DNA of 64,000 nt from Marsupella aquatica (lineage: Eukaryota; Plantae; Marchantiophyta): positions 10,727,875 through 10,791,874 of the forward strand of contig OZ316891.1 in the NCBI GenBank assembly GCA_973895155.1, read 5' to 3'. The notes below the pieces were generated by a model. The model searched no databases, was not told where the DNA came from, and saw only the letters and a list, made by a program, of their open reading frames with translations. Position 1 is the stretch's first letter; every line of letters starts with the position of its first letter. Positions 1 to 13,437 of the stretch are shown one piece after another. The position numbers and the translations under genes are program-made.

Positions 1-1313
1 AAAAGAAGTAAATTAGAAGTCAAGAGTGTTTCCTGCTAAAAGATTCTGATATTAAGAAGAATGATTAGTCACTCTTTTTTAGAGTTTGGATGATTTTTTT
101 ATGAACCGCCTTAAAGCAAGAATGAAACTCTTTTGGGTGACTTGTACACGTGCCTTGTCCCCCACTACTCATGTCCTTACAAAGTGTTGGCCCCACTTTT
201 ACCCCAAATGTCATTTTCTAGCAGACAACTCTTTACCTTATGAACAACTCTGATCCATTTCAAAAAGTGGCAGGCCTTTCATGTTTCTCTCATAATGACT
301 TTAGTTAAGGACACGTCAGCCACTCAAAATCATAAACTTAAGAAGGAGTAGTTCCAAGGGGAGGGGTTGACATTATCTTGAGGGTTTATTTCTCACAAAC
401 CTTTGTGGAGAGAAGGGTAACTATGGGTTTAGGTATGAAATGTTTATTTAGTATAACTTTATAGAAGGTGAAAGATAACATATTCTAACAAAGAATGGGC
501 AAGAATGATAAGTATAGAAATACTTGAAGTGGGGGTTTAATTATAAAAAAGAAAATTAGGGTATTCAGAGGAGGGCAAGAACTATGTCACTAGTACACCA
601 TTGAGGACAATGCAACTAGCTTGAGGCAAATTGAAGAAAACAGACAACGAAACATGTGTAGGTAACTTATTCAATCAAAATTATATCCAAGTTGTGATAT
701 AATACCATATACAAATTTATCAAATATGAAGTAATGGAAATTTGCACACATTCAAGATGCCCTTGCATAAAAGATAACATTGCTTATTGTTGCAGAACTG
801 ATGTCATTGGCAAAAAACATTTACATGCAATCTTATATATAAAGCGCGAAGGGAAGCTAGAGTTGAGGTTTAAGTTTCTAGAGTGAAGCCTCTAGACACT
901 AATTCTGGGGCCCCACCATAATATATGTGCATAGAAAGTCCAAGGATGTCATCGTATGTATAATTGTTAAAATGATGGGGGCCAGGCATGATGGTTTTTT
1001 ATCATCTAGGTAACCTTCAAAGTATGAGTATAGTACATATATTTTGTTGACAATTTTATTGTACTCTCCTCTATTCAAGTTCAAATAACGGGGCTAGTTT
1101 GTAAAATAGAAGAAGTGACAACAGTATCAATTAGAACATATTCGGTGGCAAAGAATTAAAAGCTGATATATATGAACTTGGTCTGGCCATAAGGATTTGT
1201 TGTACTCATCTGCACCATTTGGGATTGTCTCCTAGTTGGGCTCTTTCTGTTGTTTGGCTGTTTACTACTAGCTTGATTGCAACGCGAAAGATGGGGACTG
1301 AAGGAAGGAGCAA

Positions 1314-1550
1314 ATATATTTCAAACAATTTTTAAGTACTTTGTCACTAAAGATGTTCTAATTGACAATAATGCCACTATTTGCATTGTATTTATAAAAA
1401 TGCCATGGTTTTGTATATGGATGGCAAGATACTAGAATAATATATACGAAAACCGTGACATTCATTTTTGTAAATATGAAAAAAACAGTGACAACATTGT
1501 ACATTTAAACATCTTTAGTGACAATGTACTTAAAAGGTGGTATTTCAAAT
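1314..1550. mobile_element. Fold-back / MITE-like inverted repeat (~235 bp), with a third diverged arm at ~1100-1175
   Basis: The arm at 1314-1420 (aagtactttgtcactaaagatgttctaattgacaat...tgccatggttttgtatat) is an imperfect reverse complement of 1440-1550 (atatacgaaaaccgtgaca...aacatctttagtgacaatgtacttaaaa). AT-rich and non-coding; no TSD identified. Confidence 0.55.
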
Positions 1551-3161
1551 TGCCAAAAGCAAAGGGCGCCCAACCTAGAGACACGGTTCCTCAGGCAAAA
1601 GACCTAATCAGGGGGCATAACCAAAGGGCCAAGAAAAGCCAGGAAACAAAGAACTATCAGAGACCCAAAAACCAGTACCCCAAATCCTACCAATAGCAAA
1701 CTAAAGAGCCTAGTATGGCTCCCGTGTGAAGGGAGAGGATAGTCAAGCAAAAGAGTGAGTGCTCGAATACTTGTCTCTCCCTTTCCTGTTGGGATGAGAG
1801 AAACACAAAACATGGGAAAATGCACAGAAAAAGCACGCGGCAACATATTGTACACGGTATGAGAGCCCCTCAAGCTTCCCTGCTTTTGGTCGCGGCAGCC
1901 AAAGGGGGTGCTGCTGTGTAACTCTCACATTTGCTTGCCTCACCATCGCCTCACCCACGCGAGCGAGACTGCGCTCCTGCGGCCAGTTGGAAACTCGACA
2001 CCGTCTGTTGCTTCCGAACAAATTCTACTACTGTAGTTCTTGCTCTTCTGCTGGCTCTTGTGCCGTCAGCGAAAAGGGATTCTTGTTTGGTTTGGTTTGA
2101 TTTGATTTGCTTTGCTTTGCATTGCCCTTTGCTTTTGCTTGCTCATGGCCGTCCGTTACCCTCCCTCCCCGTTCGCCCTTGCCGTGCAATTTCCTGCATT
2201 GCCTTACGTGCTTGCTGCATGCCTGCGGGAGCGAGAGAGATTGATCCGATTTGATTTTCACCGCGACGAGGCTGATGAGCGTGGTCGGATTGATGGACGT
2301 GTGGGACGCTGATGTGAGGATGCTACCTTGGCAGCGAAAAGCGCCAGCGCTTGGAGTAGTGGAAGAAATCCGATATAGGAGCGCGAGTGACTTCTGTCGC
2401 AAGCGGAACAGCGGTCTCGCTTGCTTCTGCAGCAGCTGTCGACGACGGAGGAGGATAGGTGCTGCATGCCAGAATGGTGGTGGGGACAATAACAGGATCA
2501 CCATCTTGCTTCGGCGCCAGATTTCGCGTGTGAGGATCGTCGCTCTCTGAAAGGAAAGGAAGGTGCCAGCAGGTTTGAGGGAGCGACGGATGGACGAGGA
2601 GAGAAGCAGGAGCAACCGAAGGTTGGGTAAGAAGTGGAGGTGGTGAAGATGGGGTGGAATTCAGGGATGGTTCATAAGTACCCTGTGGTACGACAGACTC
2701 TTCGCGATTCGAGACGACGAGACTTTGCGAGATCTGTGCGTTGATATTTGGCTTTCCGCACTGGATAATAACGTTCCAGTCGCTAGTATCAAAGCACAGT
2801 GGAGACCTAGTAGTCGGGAAATTCGAATTGCCGCGATGTCTGTGTTGTGGATTTGTGGTTCATTTCGGACAGTAGAGCGCAAGAATAGCAGGTCGCTCAG
2901 CTTCTCGGGTAGATGTCACACCTCTCATTCTCTGATTCGTCTTGGATGATGTGACTCATCCACGAATTGAGGTGATAGAATTTTGTTTCGGATTGGTGAG
3001 GATTGTGCTATAGCCATCGTATTAGGGCACAATTCATCCAGTGTCAATTTTACCGATTGGTTGATACCGGAGACCTCGAACGGTCCGGCAGGCAGAGTCG
3101 GAACCAATTGAGGGCAGGGGAGATACATTTTTAGCGCATAAGAGAATCAGAGAATTTCTCC

Positions 3162-6100
3162 ATGAACATCATTAACTTCATTGTGAACTTCCGTCATCGA
3201 GACGCCAGGTTTGTCTACGACTGGCTACTGTTCAAATTGACTTCCGCCGATGGTGTCGATCTCACGGTCATAGGCGTCTTATTTCTTATTTTCATCGCGA
3301 TAGTCTCGCTCGTGTACGGGCTCTTCCAATGGCAGAAGAGAGTGTCCTTCTACTTGCTCAAAAAGGCGGCCCTCTCGAAGCACAGAGCAACGAAATCAAA
3401 AGGGCGCGACGTGCCGCACGATTGGCAGCAGGAATCGGGAACCAAAGGCGGCCCGTCGACTTGCTGTGTCTGCCTCAACACGCTCGCCCCAGCCGCTCTG
3501 GGGTCTGTGGCGGCCTCGCTCATCTCGTTCCACCGGTGTGTTATCTGCGGCGTTGCAGCGCACTCGACGTGCTGCGATGAGAGTACAAACGACTGCAAGC
3601 ATGTCTCTATGCCGGGGCCGACCGTGGTGCATCGATGGGTGGAAGGATGGAATGACATGGAGGACATCCCGGACGATCCTGCCTTTTGTATGCATTGCGA
3701 GGAGCCGTGCAATGGCTCATTTCTCGCCTCCCGGGTCCCTCTTTGGCGCTGCGTTTGGTGCCAGCGGCTCGTGCATGTTCAATGCCACGCCAAATTATCA
3801 CACCACGACGGGGACGGTCATGACATTTGCGACGTGGGGCCCTACAGGAGGTTGGTACTTTCGCCACTGGCTGTTTCGGACATTTCTCGGGGTACAGCCC
3901 GGGGGCTTTTGAGTCAGATCACTCTGGGAGCGAATGACCTTGCCACTTCTGTGCGTGGACTTAGAAGAAGGAGTCGGAGGAGGAAGAGAAGCAGAGAGGA
4001 GAATGGGAATGGGAACGGGAATCAGAATGGCATCGCAGCAGAATCACAACAGGTTGTTTGGCGAGATTACAGGAATTCCAAGTATGCCATTACGGAAGTG
4101 GCTGACGACGCTAGGCCTTTGCTTGTGTTTATTAACCGGAAGAGCGGAGCTCAGCATGGTGCGTCTTTGAAGAGACGATTCAATATGCTGCTTAATCCTC
4201 TACAGGTGAATTTCATAGCCTTGTGGTGTCCAGAAACTCATTCGCCCTTGATTTGTTTTCCCTTCGTAACTCATCTTCTTCTTACCGCCGGCATACTGCT
4301 GTGAGTTTGGCGTTACTGTGCGTACTGTCTCCCTCCATTAAGGCGACTCTTTGACTTTGACAATTCATTGAGTTCCAATGCAGCTTTCCCTGTCTTCGGT
4401 GGTTCCACAATTTGTAGATCAGTGACGCTGTTTCTGTGTTCTAGGTCTTCGAGCTGAGCAGCGATCAGAAGCCAGAGTTAGGACTTGCCCTCTTCGAGAC
4501 TGTACCCCACTTCAGAATTCTCGTTTGCGGAGGTGACGGTTCCGTGGGATGGGTTTTGGATGAGATTGAGAAGCGCAAGTACGAATCGCCTCCTCCAATA
4601 GCTATTTTACCAATAGGAACTGGCAACGATTTATCAAGGGTACTTGGATGGGGAGGAGGCTATGGCGCTGTTGAGAGGCAAGGTGGGCTTGCAATGATTT
4701 TACACCACATCGATCATGCGGCAGTCACGATGGTAGATCGCTGGCTTGTATCTATCACGGAAAATCCTTCAAAAGGAGTTGATGATGAAAAACCAGCTCC
4801 TCTCGTGACATCAAAGAAATATATCAACAACTATCTAGGTTTGCCACTACCGTTTTTCCTAAGCATTCAAAAGTAATTTCTTGTATTCTGTGGCATGAAA
4901 TTAGACAATAGGGGGCAAAAATGATGCGCAAACGGTTCCGGGAAGTGACGGTGATCAGTCAAGCCACTGTGCCGACTTGGTTGATTTTAAAGTTCTCCAG
5001 GCGGACCTAATCGTCGAGGAAATCGTCCGCGGAACGTAGCAGATTGAAGCACTTTGTACCCTAAACGCACTTGTTTAATCTCTAGCAATACAGTAGCTGA
5101 ATTTATGGATTGCTAGGGCCGTGTAAGTCGAGACCTCTCATTTCGCATGATACTGTCAAGCTGCATTTGAGACTGCAAAGAACTTATGATATTTCGCCTT
5201 AAGTTTGTACATCGAGCTGATGCGCATTCCAAATTCTCCAGGTAGTACAGAATGTTAGCAAGAGAAAAGATCTTACAGTCCTGGTTGAGCTTCGTTACTT
5301 CAGGATATGATCGGCCTGGGTGCCTGAGTAGAAGCTCAAGTGCCATACGGCAGTAGAAACAAGCTTTACCATTTCTTCCAGTTCTTTTCTCAGTTTTTCC
5401 CCGAAAGAGATTACATCAGTTTCTTTAGCAGGATCTTTTGAAGAGGGTCTGGCGAAAGGATTTGACAGATCGTTTCTTTTGGGAACAGACGAGAACCAAG
5501 AAGAAAGTACTGCATGAATAGAGCCGAATCAGGAAATGTAGAGGGGGCTCCAGGTTACTGCCAGATATAGTTACTTGTTTTCGTTTTCCTGCTAGAACCT
5601 TTCCTGTTACCATGCTTCAGAAGTTCTACTCTACGATGCTGGTCGTTTACACTAGAATGTTCACGGCGAACTGAATGAATCTTGTGTGAATTCGACTATA
5701 TGATTTAGCTGGTTGAAGTTGTAAACTATCGTGCCAACCATATCCCCATTGAATTCATAATTATGGCGCGAGATGGGCGAATATGTTTGGAATTTGTTGA
5801 CATTTATGGAGTGGACATGGGGGGGGCTGATATGTTATCAGGTTGAGCTTTGGGTTCATGTAGTTCCAGTTTTTCTACACCATTCTTTCAAGCAGCCACT
5901 TGGGAATTATTCTTTAAGACGCCCCAGCTTTGCAATTGACTGCGGTCGGAGGCGGTGGACTATGCCTGAAAACAAAAGTGATGAACCTTCTAGTGTGCTT
6001 GCTTGTTTGCAGGGATTGGATGTGATGCGAAGGTTGCTTTAGATATCCATACGCTCCGAGCAGAGAGTCCCGATAAATTTTATAATCAGGTGAATACTTT

Positions 6101-7753
6101 TTGCTGGAGCTCAATCTCATATTTATGTTTTAGTTCCTAAGAGTAGCTATAAGAGATCCTATCACCGTACCTGCTTTGTCTGCTGTCATCTTCTGCTATT
6201 GCCGTTAAATAATTTTGTACAATCTGGCCACTTGATCTGCTTATGCTACTGTGGGATCTAGTCCCATTCATGTTTTCTAGTGTAGAATTTGTGATGGACC
6301 CTTCATAATGACTACAGGCCATGAATAACTAAGAGTCAGTATGGGTTATGTTCCCCTCATGTTGGTTTGCTTCCTCCTTAATTTAGTGTTAATCGCATAT
6401 ACCTTTGGTCCCCCCTTCCTTGTTTTCTTCGTTCACTATTAAAAGTTTATTCAGTTTTGCAGCTTTCTATGATTTGCTACTTATCTTTCGATCCCAGTCA
6501 ACTGATGTCGCCTAAATTCAACGTTTTGAGATTGTGGAAAGTGGTTGAATTGTTAATTGGATTTTTTTAAAAGGGAATTTGGGATAGTAGCGCTCTTACT
6601 CTGTTTGCCAAAATGAATCTCAACTTTACGAGAGAGTATAAAGCAGAGCTGTTAGTCTTGACATCGCTTCTGTTTTGCGATGACCGAGCTGCGATTGTAC
6701 TCGTGAAACGGTTCTAAGCTCTGCTAATTTTCCATGGAACAGTTTATGAACAAAATGCTTTATGCAAGGGAGGGTGCAAAGGATATATTGGATAGAACAT
6801 GTGCGGACTTGCCCTGGCAGTTACGTCTGGAGATTGATGGGGTGGAACTTGAGATACCAGAGGTAATTTAAAACTATTGTTCCGCGTGCAAGTCTTGTGA
6901 TTCTGTGGAGTAATAGTGGGGCCGATAGTGAGGTTGGCGAATCTTAGTATCAGATTGACTTATAGCAGATTGACTTTAGAGATAATCTGAAATAGTAAAT
7001 TTATTACTTTTTCTCGGGCCTTTGTGGTCTTGCAGGATATTGAGGGAGTTCTTATCACAAACATTCAAAGCTACATGGGTGGCGTGGATCTGTGGCAAAA
7101 CGAAGAAGATCACGAGGATGATTTTGATGCTCAATACATGCATGACAAGATGCTAGAGGTTGTTGGCATATGTGGAGCATGGCATTTGGGTAAACTACAG
7201 GTAGCTTTTCCTCCTCTCCGGTTGTGTTTCTGACATGCGGTCTCATTGCGTGTTAGTGGAGATATTTTCTTTCTGGTACCTCCAGTCAGGATTTTGGTTA
7301 TAATGTCCTCCTGTGGGTGATGTGTGGTTTGTAGGTTGGACTTTCCCGTGCCCGTAGGCTTGCGCAAGGGCGACACTTGAAAATTTGGCTGTCAGCCACC
7401 TTCCCGGTGCAGATTGACGGGGAGCCTTGGGTACAACCTCCTGCTTTCTTTGAGATTTCACATCATGGACAGGTCTGTCTGCAAACCTATACCAAAAACT
7501 CAGCAATTTATACATGTGGTGTAATATCTTGATGATAGTGGCGTTTTTTCTTTCGCACTCATCAACAGTTGATAACTATTTTAGCTTGCTGTTTCTGATG
7601 CAGTCATTTATGCTGAAACGAACTGCTGAGGAGCCTTTAGGACATGCAGCGGCAATTATGGTGGAAGTTCTAGAAAATGCTGAGTGTAGGGGGTTGATAA
7701 CTGCTGCACAAAAGCGGGCTCTTCTTCAAGAGATGGCTGTGCGGTTGTCGTGA
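3162..7753 (+). CDS. DGK1: Diacylglycerol kinase, plant cluster I (DGK1/DGK2-like), 695 aa. Exons 3162-4205, 4445-4838, 6013-6089, 6743-6862, 7036-7200, 7335-7472, 7604-7753
   Basis: N-terminal TM segment; two C1 domains (HDW...CCVC...[12 protein letters not shown] and HRW...CMHC...[12 protein letters not shown]); catalytic motifs [38 protein letters not shown]; accessory motifs [29 protein letters not shown]. All introns are GT-AG with consistent phases. Confidence 0.96.
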
Positions 7754-10700
7754 AGAGTATATGGAAATACACCTCTCGATCTGAAAAGTAGAATCAAACA
7801 GTCGTCGATTATTGTGTAGCCTGTGTAACATATATGATATGGAATCTATAATTAGTCCTAACTCGAAATTTTAATTAGTAGGTATCGTGAGCCACTCTAA
7901 ACTGTAACGAGCCTGAATGGAATGTAGAACAGATAGCCTAGTTCATTGGAAATTTTGTCAGGTGTACATAGTTATCCTTTATGGTGTTTCTTAAAGTCTA
8001 GGTGCAACTGGTTTTGAAATTGGGGAAATTGTAATCCTCGACAAAATCGGGTTGATGGACGGAATTTGGTGTAGGGAGCCTACCCGTGACACGAAGGTCA
8101 ATCAAGCCAAAAGAATGGCAGTTATTTCAGATTTATATCTGTGGTGCGGAGAAGAGTAATGAATAGCATGATGACTGGTCAATGCCTTGCAGTGACTAGT
8201 GGAGTACCGTACTGTTTGTGGGAATAGACGAAAGTAGTGCCTTTTTCTTGTGCGCCTTTTGCATGTGAAAAATGTATTGCTGCAAATGTGAAATTTAAAG
8301 TCTTCTAATTAGGATATTCTGTGGACGATCTTGGACAGTGTATGGAAAGGCCTTTTGCGCTTGTGACAGAGCTCCAGCACTTGTACGCTGAAGTCTGATT
8401 CCTTCAGGAGGACGAACATATTTTGATCACCTCAGGAAGGCTTTCTGCGCTCCATGGAAAACTCATTTAGTAGTACTATCTAGTTGAATATAGTCTCCTT
8501 ATCGTCTTTGGGGATGCGTCAACGTGATCTTCCGATTTACATTAAAGGCTATAAGCACATTTGTGAAAAATCACTTGAGCTGTTTCACAGATCTCGTGCA
8601 CGGGTGAGTTCGAATTCGCAACTATTTTGTTCACCAACTTCAAATTATGAGTCTGTACATCGTTTCCTATATTGTTCTAAAGCTACTTAAACAGGCGAAT
8701 CAAAGTACTGAGCCGAAGCTCATAAACAACATGAGTCGGCTACTGTACTGATGTCCGTTGGGAGGGTTCGATGGCAACGACGCTCAGGTCAGCATGGTTT
8801 AGAGTACATCCTAAGCCTATCGGAAATGACAGTGCAGTCGCTGTGACCCTAATGTTCAACAACGCACAAGCTCTGAAGCCCTCTGCAAAGGCGTCACTAT
8901 TCTTCTGTTCGTCTGGATGGATGAATAGGTATTCAGATCTCCTACGGGAATTGTTTCTTGTTATAACTGCTTTCGAGTGTTAGGTAAGATTACGTCTTAG
9001 TTGTTAGATATCGAATACCACTTTCATTGATTACGGATGTGCAGTAAATAAGAACGTGCGTCTTCTGCTTCAGAAATGGGTCACTGAAAGTTTGGACGGA
9101 ATCAGAGGTTGGTGTACTTGGTGCTGGGCGTAATCAGTGCTTCCACCTAAGGGCTTTCCCGTCAGCTATCTCGTCATGAACAGAGTATCGATGATTTTCC
9201 TTATGAAGAGCGATTGCGTCATTGTTCACTACCAAAGTTCACTACCAAAGTTCAGTGAACAATGACTACGGCACCGTAGATAAGTAGTCTCGAAGGAAAT
9301 TGCTGTTCCATTAAGTGAGTAATACTTGAGGAGGGCACAGGATCTCAATTCGGGGTTTCTTACCTAACGGGGATCAGCCTGGTGCTGTGAAAGACAATCG
9401 ACCGAGCAATTGTCAATTGGGTTTACTTTGTACTGCAGCAGTCCCAGGTTTTCCAGGTGGGAACCAGTGTACTGCGAGCATCAAAAGGTTGTCTAGCAAA
9501 TTGAAATAACCAAACCCAAATAAACTAACAAGCCTGGGCAAAAACAGGTACAATGTAACAGATTGGGAAATTCAGGCAAGAAGCAGGTTACAACCCGAGG
9601 ACCGAGCTGCCCATAAAGAACCCGCCCAAATCCTGCTTCACTACTGTAGATCTGTATCACCTGGTCTAGTAGAATTCACTTATCCCTCGGTCTAGCGATT
9701 CTCTCTCAACAAAGGATTAAGCCGCAATTTAGCCGACACACAGAGACGGCGTGTTTTTCTAGTGGCGAAAATTTACCAAATTTCACTCACTGAAACGGAA
9801 CAGAAAGATGGATACAGACGTTTGTTGGGACGAACCGGATTGACACAACTTCATGACAGTGGAAGACCAATTACTAATGACACCAAAAATGTATTATTGT
9901 CTCTCATTACCAGAAGCTAACGGTTTACACATTATGTTGGGTGAGACACCCTCGTTTTTTCCTTCCTTTACCCGACCAGATATTTTAATTTCGATCAGGC
10001 AGTTTCCACCATAACCATTGTCTTTCATTAGTCAAATTCTGACGGTTATCCTCAAATCTTGGGGGATGCTTCAGTCTAGGAAAATGAGATATTCTTCTCA
10101 TCTTCTCTGTCACAGAAGGTGACATTTGCCACGAGGGAATACCTTAAAAATTACCCTATCCTGAGGTCTATAGGCTGGCAGGCCAAGTATAGCACAATTT
10201 CTGTCCGATGTCCCTGTTGAGAATCCCTGGTCTCTAGAATTCCTTTTCCTACCAGATTAAAGTGTACTAAAAGGTAGAAGTGTTTCTGCACTCTGTTGAA
10301 ACGTGCACATAATGGTCTATAAACCCAAGCAGGCATGGTTATGTGGTAGCTCTCTTGAGTAGGGACTCGGGGTTTCACAGATATCCCCTTAGGTTTCTTT
10401 TAAAAATGATCCATAAACCAGTGGAAGGGTTGAAAGGCTTCTGCACTCAATGAAAAAGTGCAAATGACTGTCTATAAACTACTAGCTTACAATGAGCAGT
10501 CGATGAGGCTGGCTTGCATGTTAAGCTGGGCTTGCAAACTTACTAATGCATGGTGGTGGTGATTACATTTCTTGGCCCACTGCAACCAAGGGTGACCTGT
10601 TAGACATCAACGACTATAATATGCAATCCTACACATTCTGGGGGATTGTTTGTTTATAGAAAGAAAAAAGGTGGGAACAAATCTGGGCTGTTTGCTAGAG

Positions 10701-11776
10701 AATGGCTTTTACATCACCGTTGACCTGTCTGCCACTGAACCCCTCTTGCCTCACCAGCCTCACCCTCTATGCCCCTCTTGCCTCGCCCGGATGCGTTCGC
10801 CCACCCTCCCCCTCCCCCTACCTCAGTGCTTGCCCCCCACCCCCAACATCACTCTTGCACGGGCTTTTGCAACAGCATGTAGTACCAAAATGACAACATA
10901 TTCCCTAGCAATAACACTAACTTCCGCAACCACAACATAACTTCACAGAGGGACACGGCCAGGATACTTGCCAGAATAACAACAAATCCATGCCTTACCT
11001 TGACATTTTAACTCAATGCATGGGCATTGCTGCACGATTGACAACATAATCACAACGACCATTGTGCAACGTACACACACTCAGACAGACATTAGGCTAG
11101 TTTATCATAGGACATGGATCTCTGACTAGCGTTTAACATCATTCATTAAAATCGACAGACAAAACCTGAATAGACCAATGCTAGCAACATGTATTGGGGA
11201 CCCTTGTAGCTCCTTCCTCTTATATGAAGAGACGGCCAATTGCACTTACAGCAAATGCAAGGTCAATGGGACCCAAAGACCCTGCGCTGAATGACACACA
11301 AGAAGACCACCAATATGTTAGACCAATACTCTGACTTAGGTCTAGAGTTACTATGTCACCATAGTTAGTCAAACCATAGTCAGGTGCCTGGGTCAGGATT
11401 AGACGTGCAACTACCTCAAGGGGGGGAGAGGGGGTTTAGGGTCTAGACATCCTAATTTATAAGTGGATTTTAGGGCATTGTAGTGGATTTTAGTGGATTT
11501 TAGGAGTGGATTTTTAATTTTCTGGTCCTTACTCACTTTAAAGCGGGCTTTAAAATGCCACTTTTTAATTTTTCAATCCCTAAAAACATTTTGGAGCAAA
11601 TCTTTTTCCTGAATTCAACAAGCCCTGTAAAGGAAAGCTAAGTGCCTCATAAATTGAAGCCCAAAATTCCGCAATAGGGCAATTTGCTCTGCCTTTCTAC
11701 TCAATGCAATTTTCTCTGATCTGTTTTTCAATTTATAGTAAATCTCACATCTTCCATCTTGTCCAACCATCAACTT

Positions 11777-12456
11777 TGTTAGGTTATGCCTCTAGTATAG
11801 CCTATACACTTCCATAGTACTAGCTAGACTTCAATAGACTAGGATAGCACTAGTTTGAGTTCCAGGTTCCCATAGACCATGGGATGGGGAACATAAACTT
11901 GTGCTCACACTTGAAGGTTCACTCTATCTAGATGAGAGAGATGTTGAGCATAGACGACATTCGTAACGGCAAGCCCATGAACCATCCAACGCACAAGAGT
12001 CGACACAGAGAGATACGTGGTTCACCTCCACATGAGGCTACGTCCACGGGAACACACAAGAGCTTTACTGCACTCTAGGCCGACCGGCCATACCAAGCAT
12101 CCACAACATAAGCTCTCCCTATCTCTTAACTAGCTCCGTAACAATGAGCCTAAGTTCCACCAGGGTCTGGCATCAGCCCTGGCTATATACACAATAGCAC
12201 TACCGCTAACATTAGCTAAGTCCTAACCCAAGTTAGCCTAATTGTAGTTAGCTCATGAGTAACAAGACTAGAGCATTATCTAACAAGAGAGTGAGAGGAG
12301 GAGCTCTAGCACATTGGCTATGGCGGGTGTAATCATTTTGTGTTACTGGGTTTCTCTCACGGCTGTGAAGCACGTATTCAGCGTGGGAGTCTATGGATGA
12401 ATGTTCACACATGTTGATGCTGTCTCATTTGGTCTAGATCAGATTGGTTCCCAACA
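11777..12456. mobile_element. Solo LTR (outer), interrupted by a second solo LTR
   Basis: Starts TGTTAG, ends CCAACA, flanked by a perfect 5-bp TSD AACTT (11772-11776 and 12457-12461). Confidence 0.8.
11942..12285 (-). mobile_element. Solo LTR (344 bp) of the Ty1/Copia family seen at 18.7-22.4 kb
   Basis: TGTT...AACA termini with 5-bp TSD AGAGA (11937-11941 and 12286-12290). Its reverse complement matches the Copia 3' LTR starting at 22296; I count 12 differences over 269 bp against 18692-18960. Confidence 0.93.
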
Positions 12457-13293
12457 AACTTACTTGTCTATGTTGCACTCTGAATTCTCAAACACTAGAG
12501 CATGGTAGGTACCAAACACTATGAATAGGAAACTTGACATGATTGGTTGCTCATTCTCAATATCATTTCTCTACCTTGCTTCACACACCCTTGCATGATC
12601 TGATGATCTCCATTTGACAGAGTGGAATTCAACCCTTGATTGAGCATAAACATTTCAATTTGCCAATCCACCATGATCCCATACCCAACTCAGTCCGACT
12701 GTCATTCTCAGTCATGCTTACTTCCAAATATCAAGTAGGCTTACAACAACCCTCCATCAAATGAATGATCTCAAATAACAAAACACTCAAATATATGTCA
12801 AGCTCTCACTCACATTCTGAATGTATGTGGTCAAAGTCTTGCACGATGGTAAGAATGCTGTCTACCATGCTCTAAGTGCAGGCTTGTGTGAAGAAGTCTT
12901 ATGCTTAATGTTATAAGTGCATGGGACATCATTTATGCACTTCTCCACATGTGCATGGGAAATCTCTTATGCATTTTCTCTTATGTGTTGTCAGCTCACA
13001 CACATTGGACTTTTATTTGAGCCTGCATACTCCCCAATTCAATTGGATAAGTGCATGAAACCAATTTATTAATTGTTGTTGCACTTATCAATAAATGCTT
13101 CTTTTGTACATATTGCAGTAAATGACATTTATAGACAAATAAAATTTCATTGTCAATTAGTGCCAGTATAAGTCCATTTGATGCAAATTTAATGTGTCAT
13201 TTAGTGCCAGCATTTGTCTTTTGGTAAAGATATACCCCTGCCAATAGTCACACATCAAAATGTCGTAATATACGGGGTGCACTCATCGATTTA

Positions 13294-13437
13294 AAGAAAT
13301 AACTAGATTTATCATGGTATGGAATGATATCGTACAAAGTATATGTCATATTCCATCCATGTACAGAAAATAACTAGATTTATCATGGTATGGATTGATT
13401 TCTTACACAATATATGTCATATTTTGATGTGCAGTTA
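13294..13437. repeat. Two-copy ~72 bp tandem duplication
   Basis: aaataactagatttatcatggtatgga...tatatgtcatatt occurs twice in tandem. Confidence 0.7.

Noticed and set aside
2028-2615. 195-aa minus-strand ORF
   Set aside because: No recognisable domain; low-complexity antisense frame over the probable DGK leader.
12460-13010. Possible CACTA transposase relic on the minus strand (YGIMVDWQIEMFY...SVKW)
   Set aside because: A single weak motif, with no convincing termini found.
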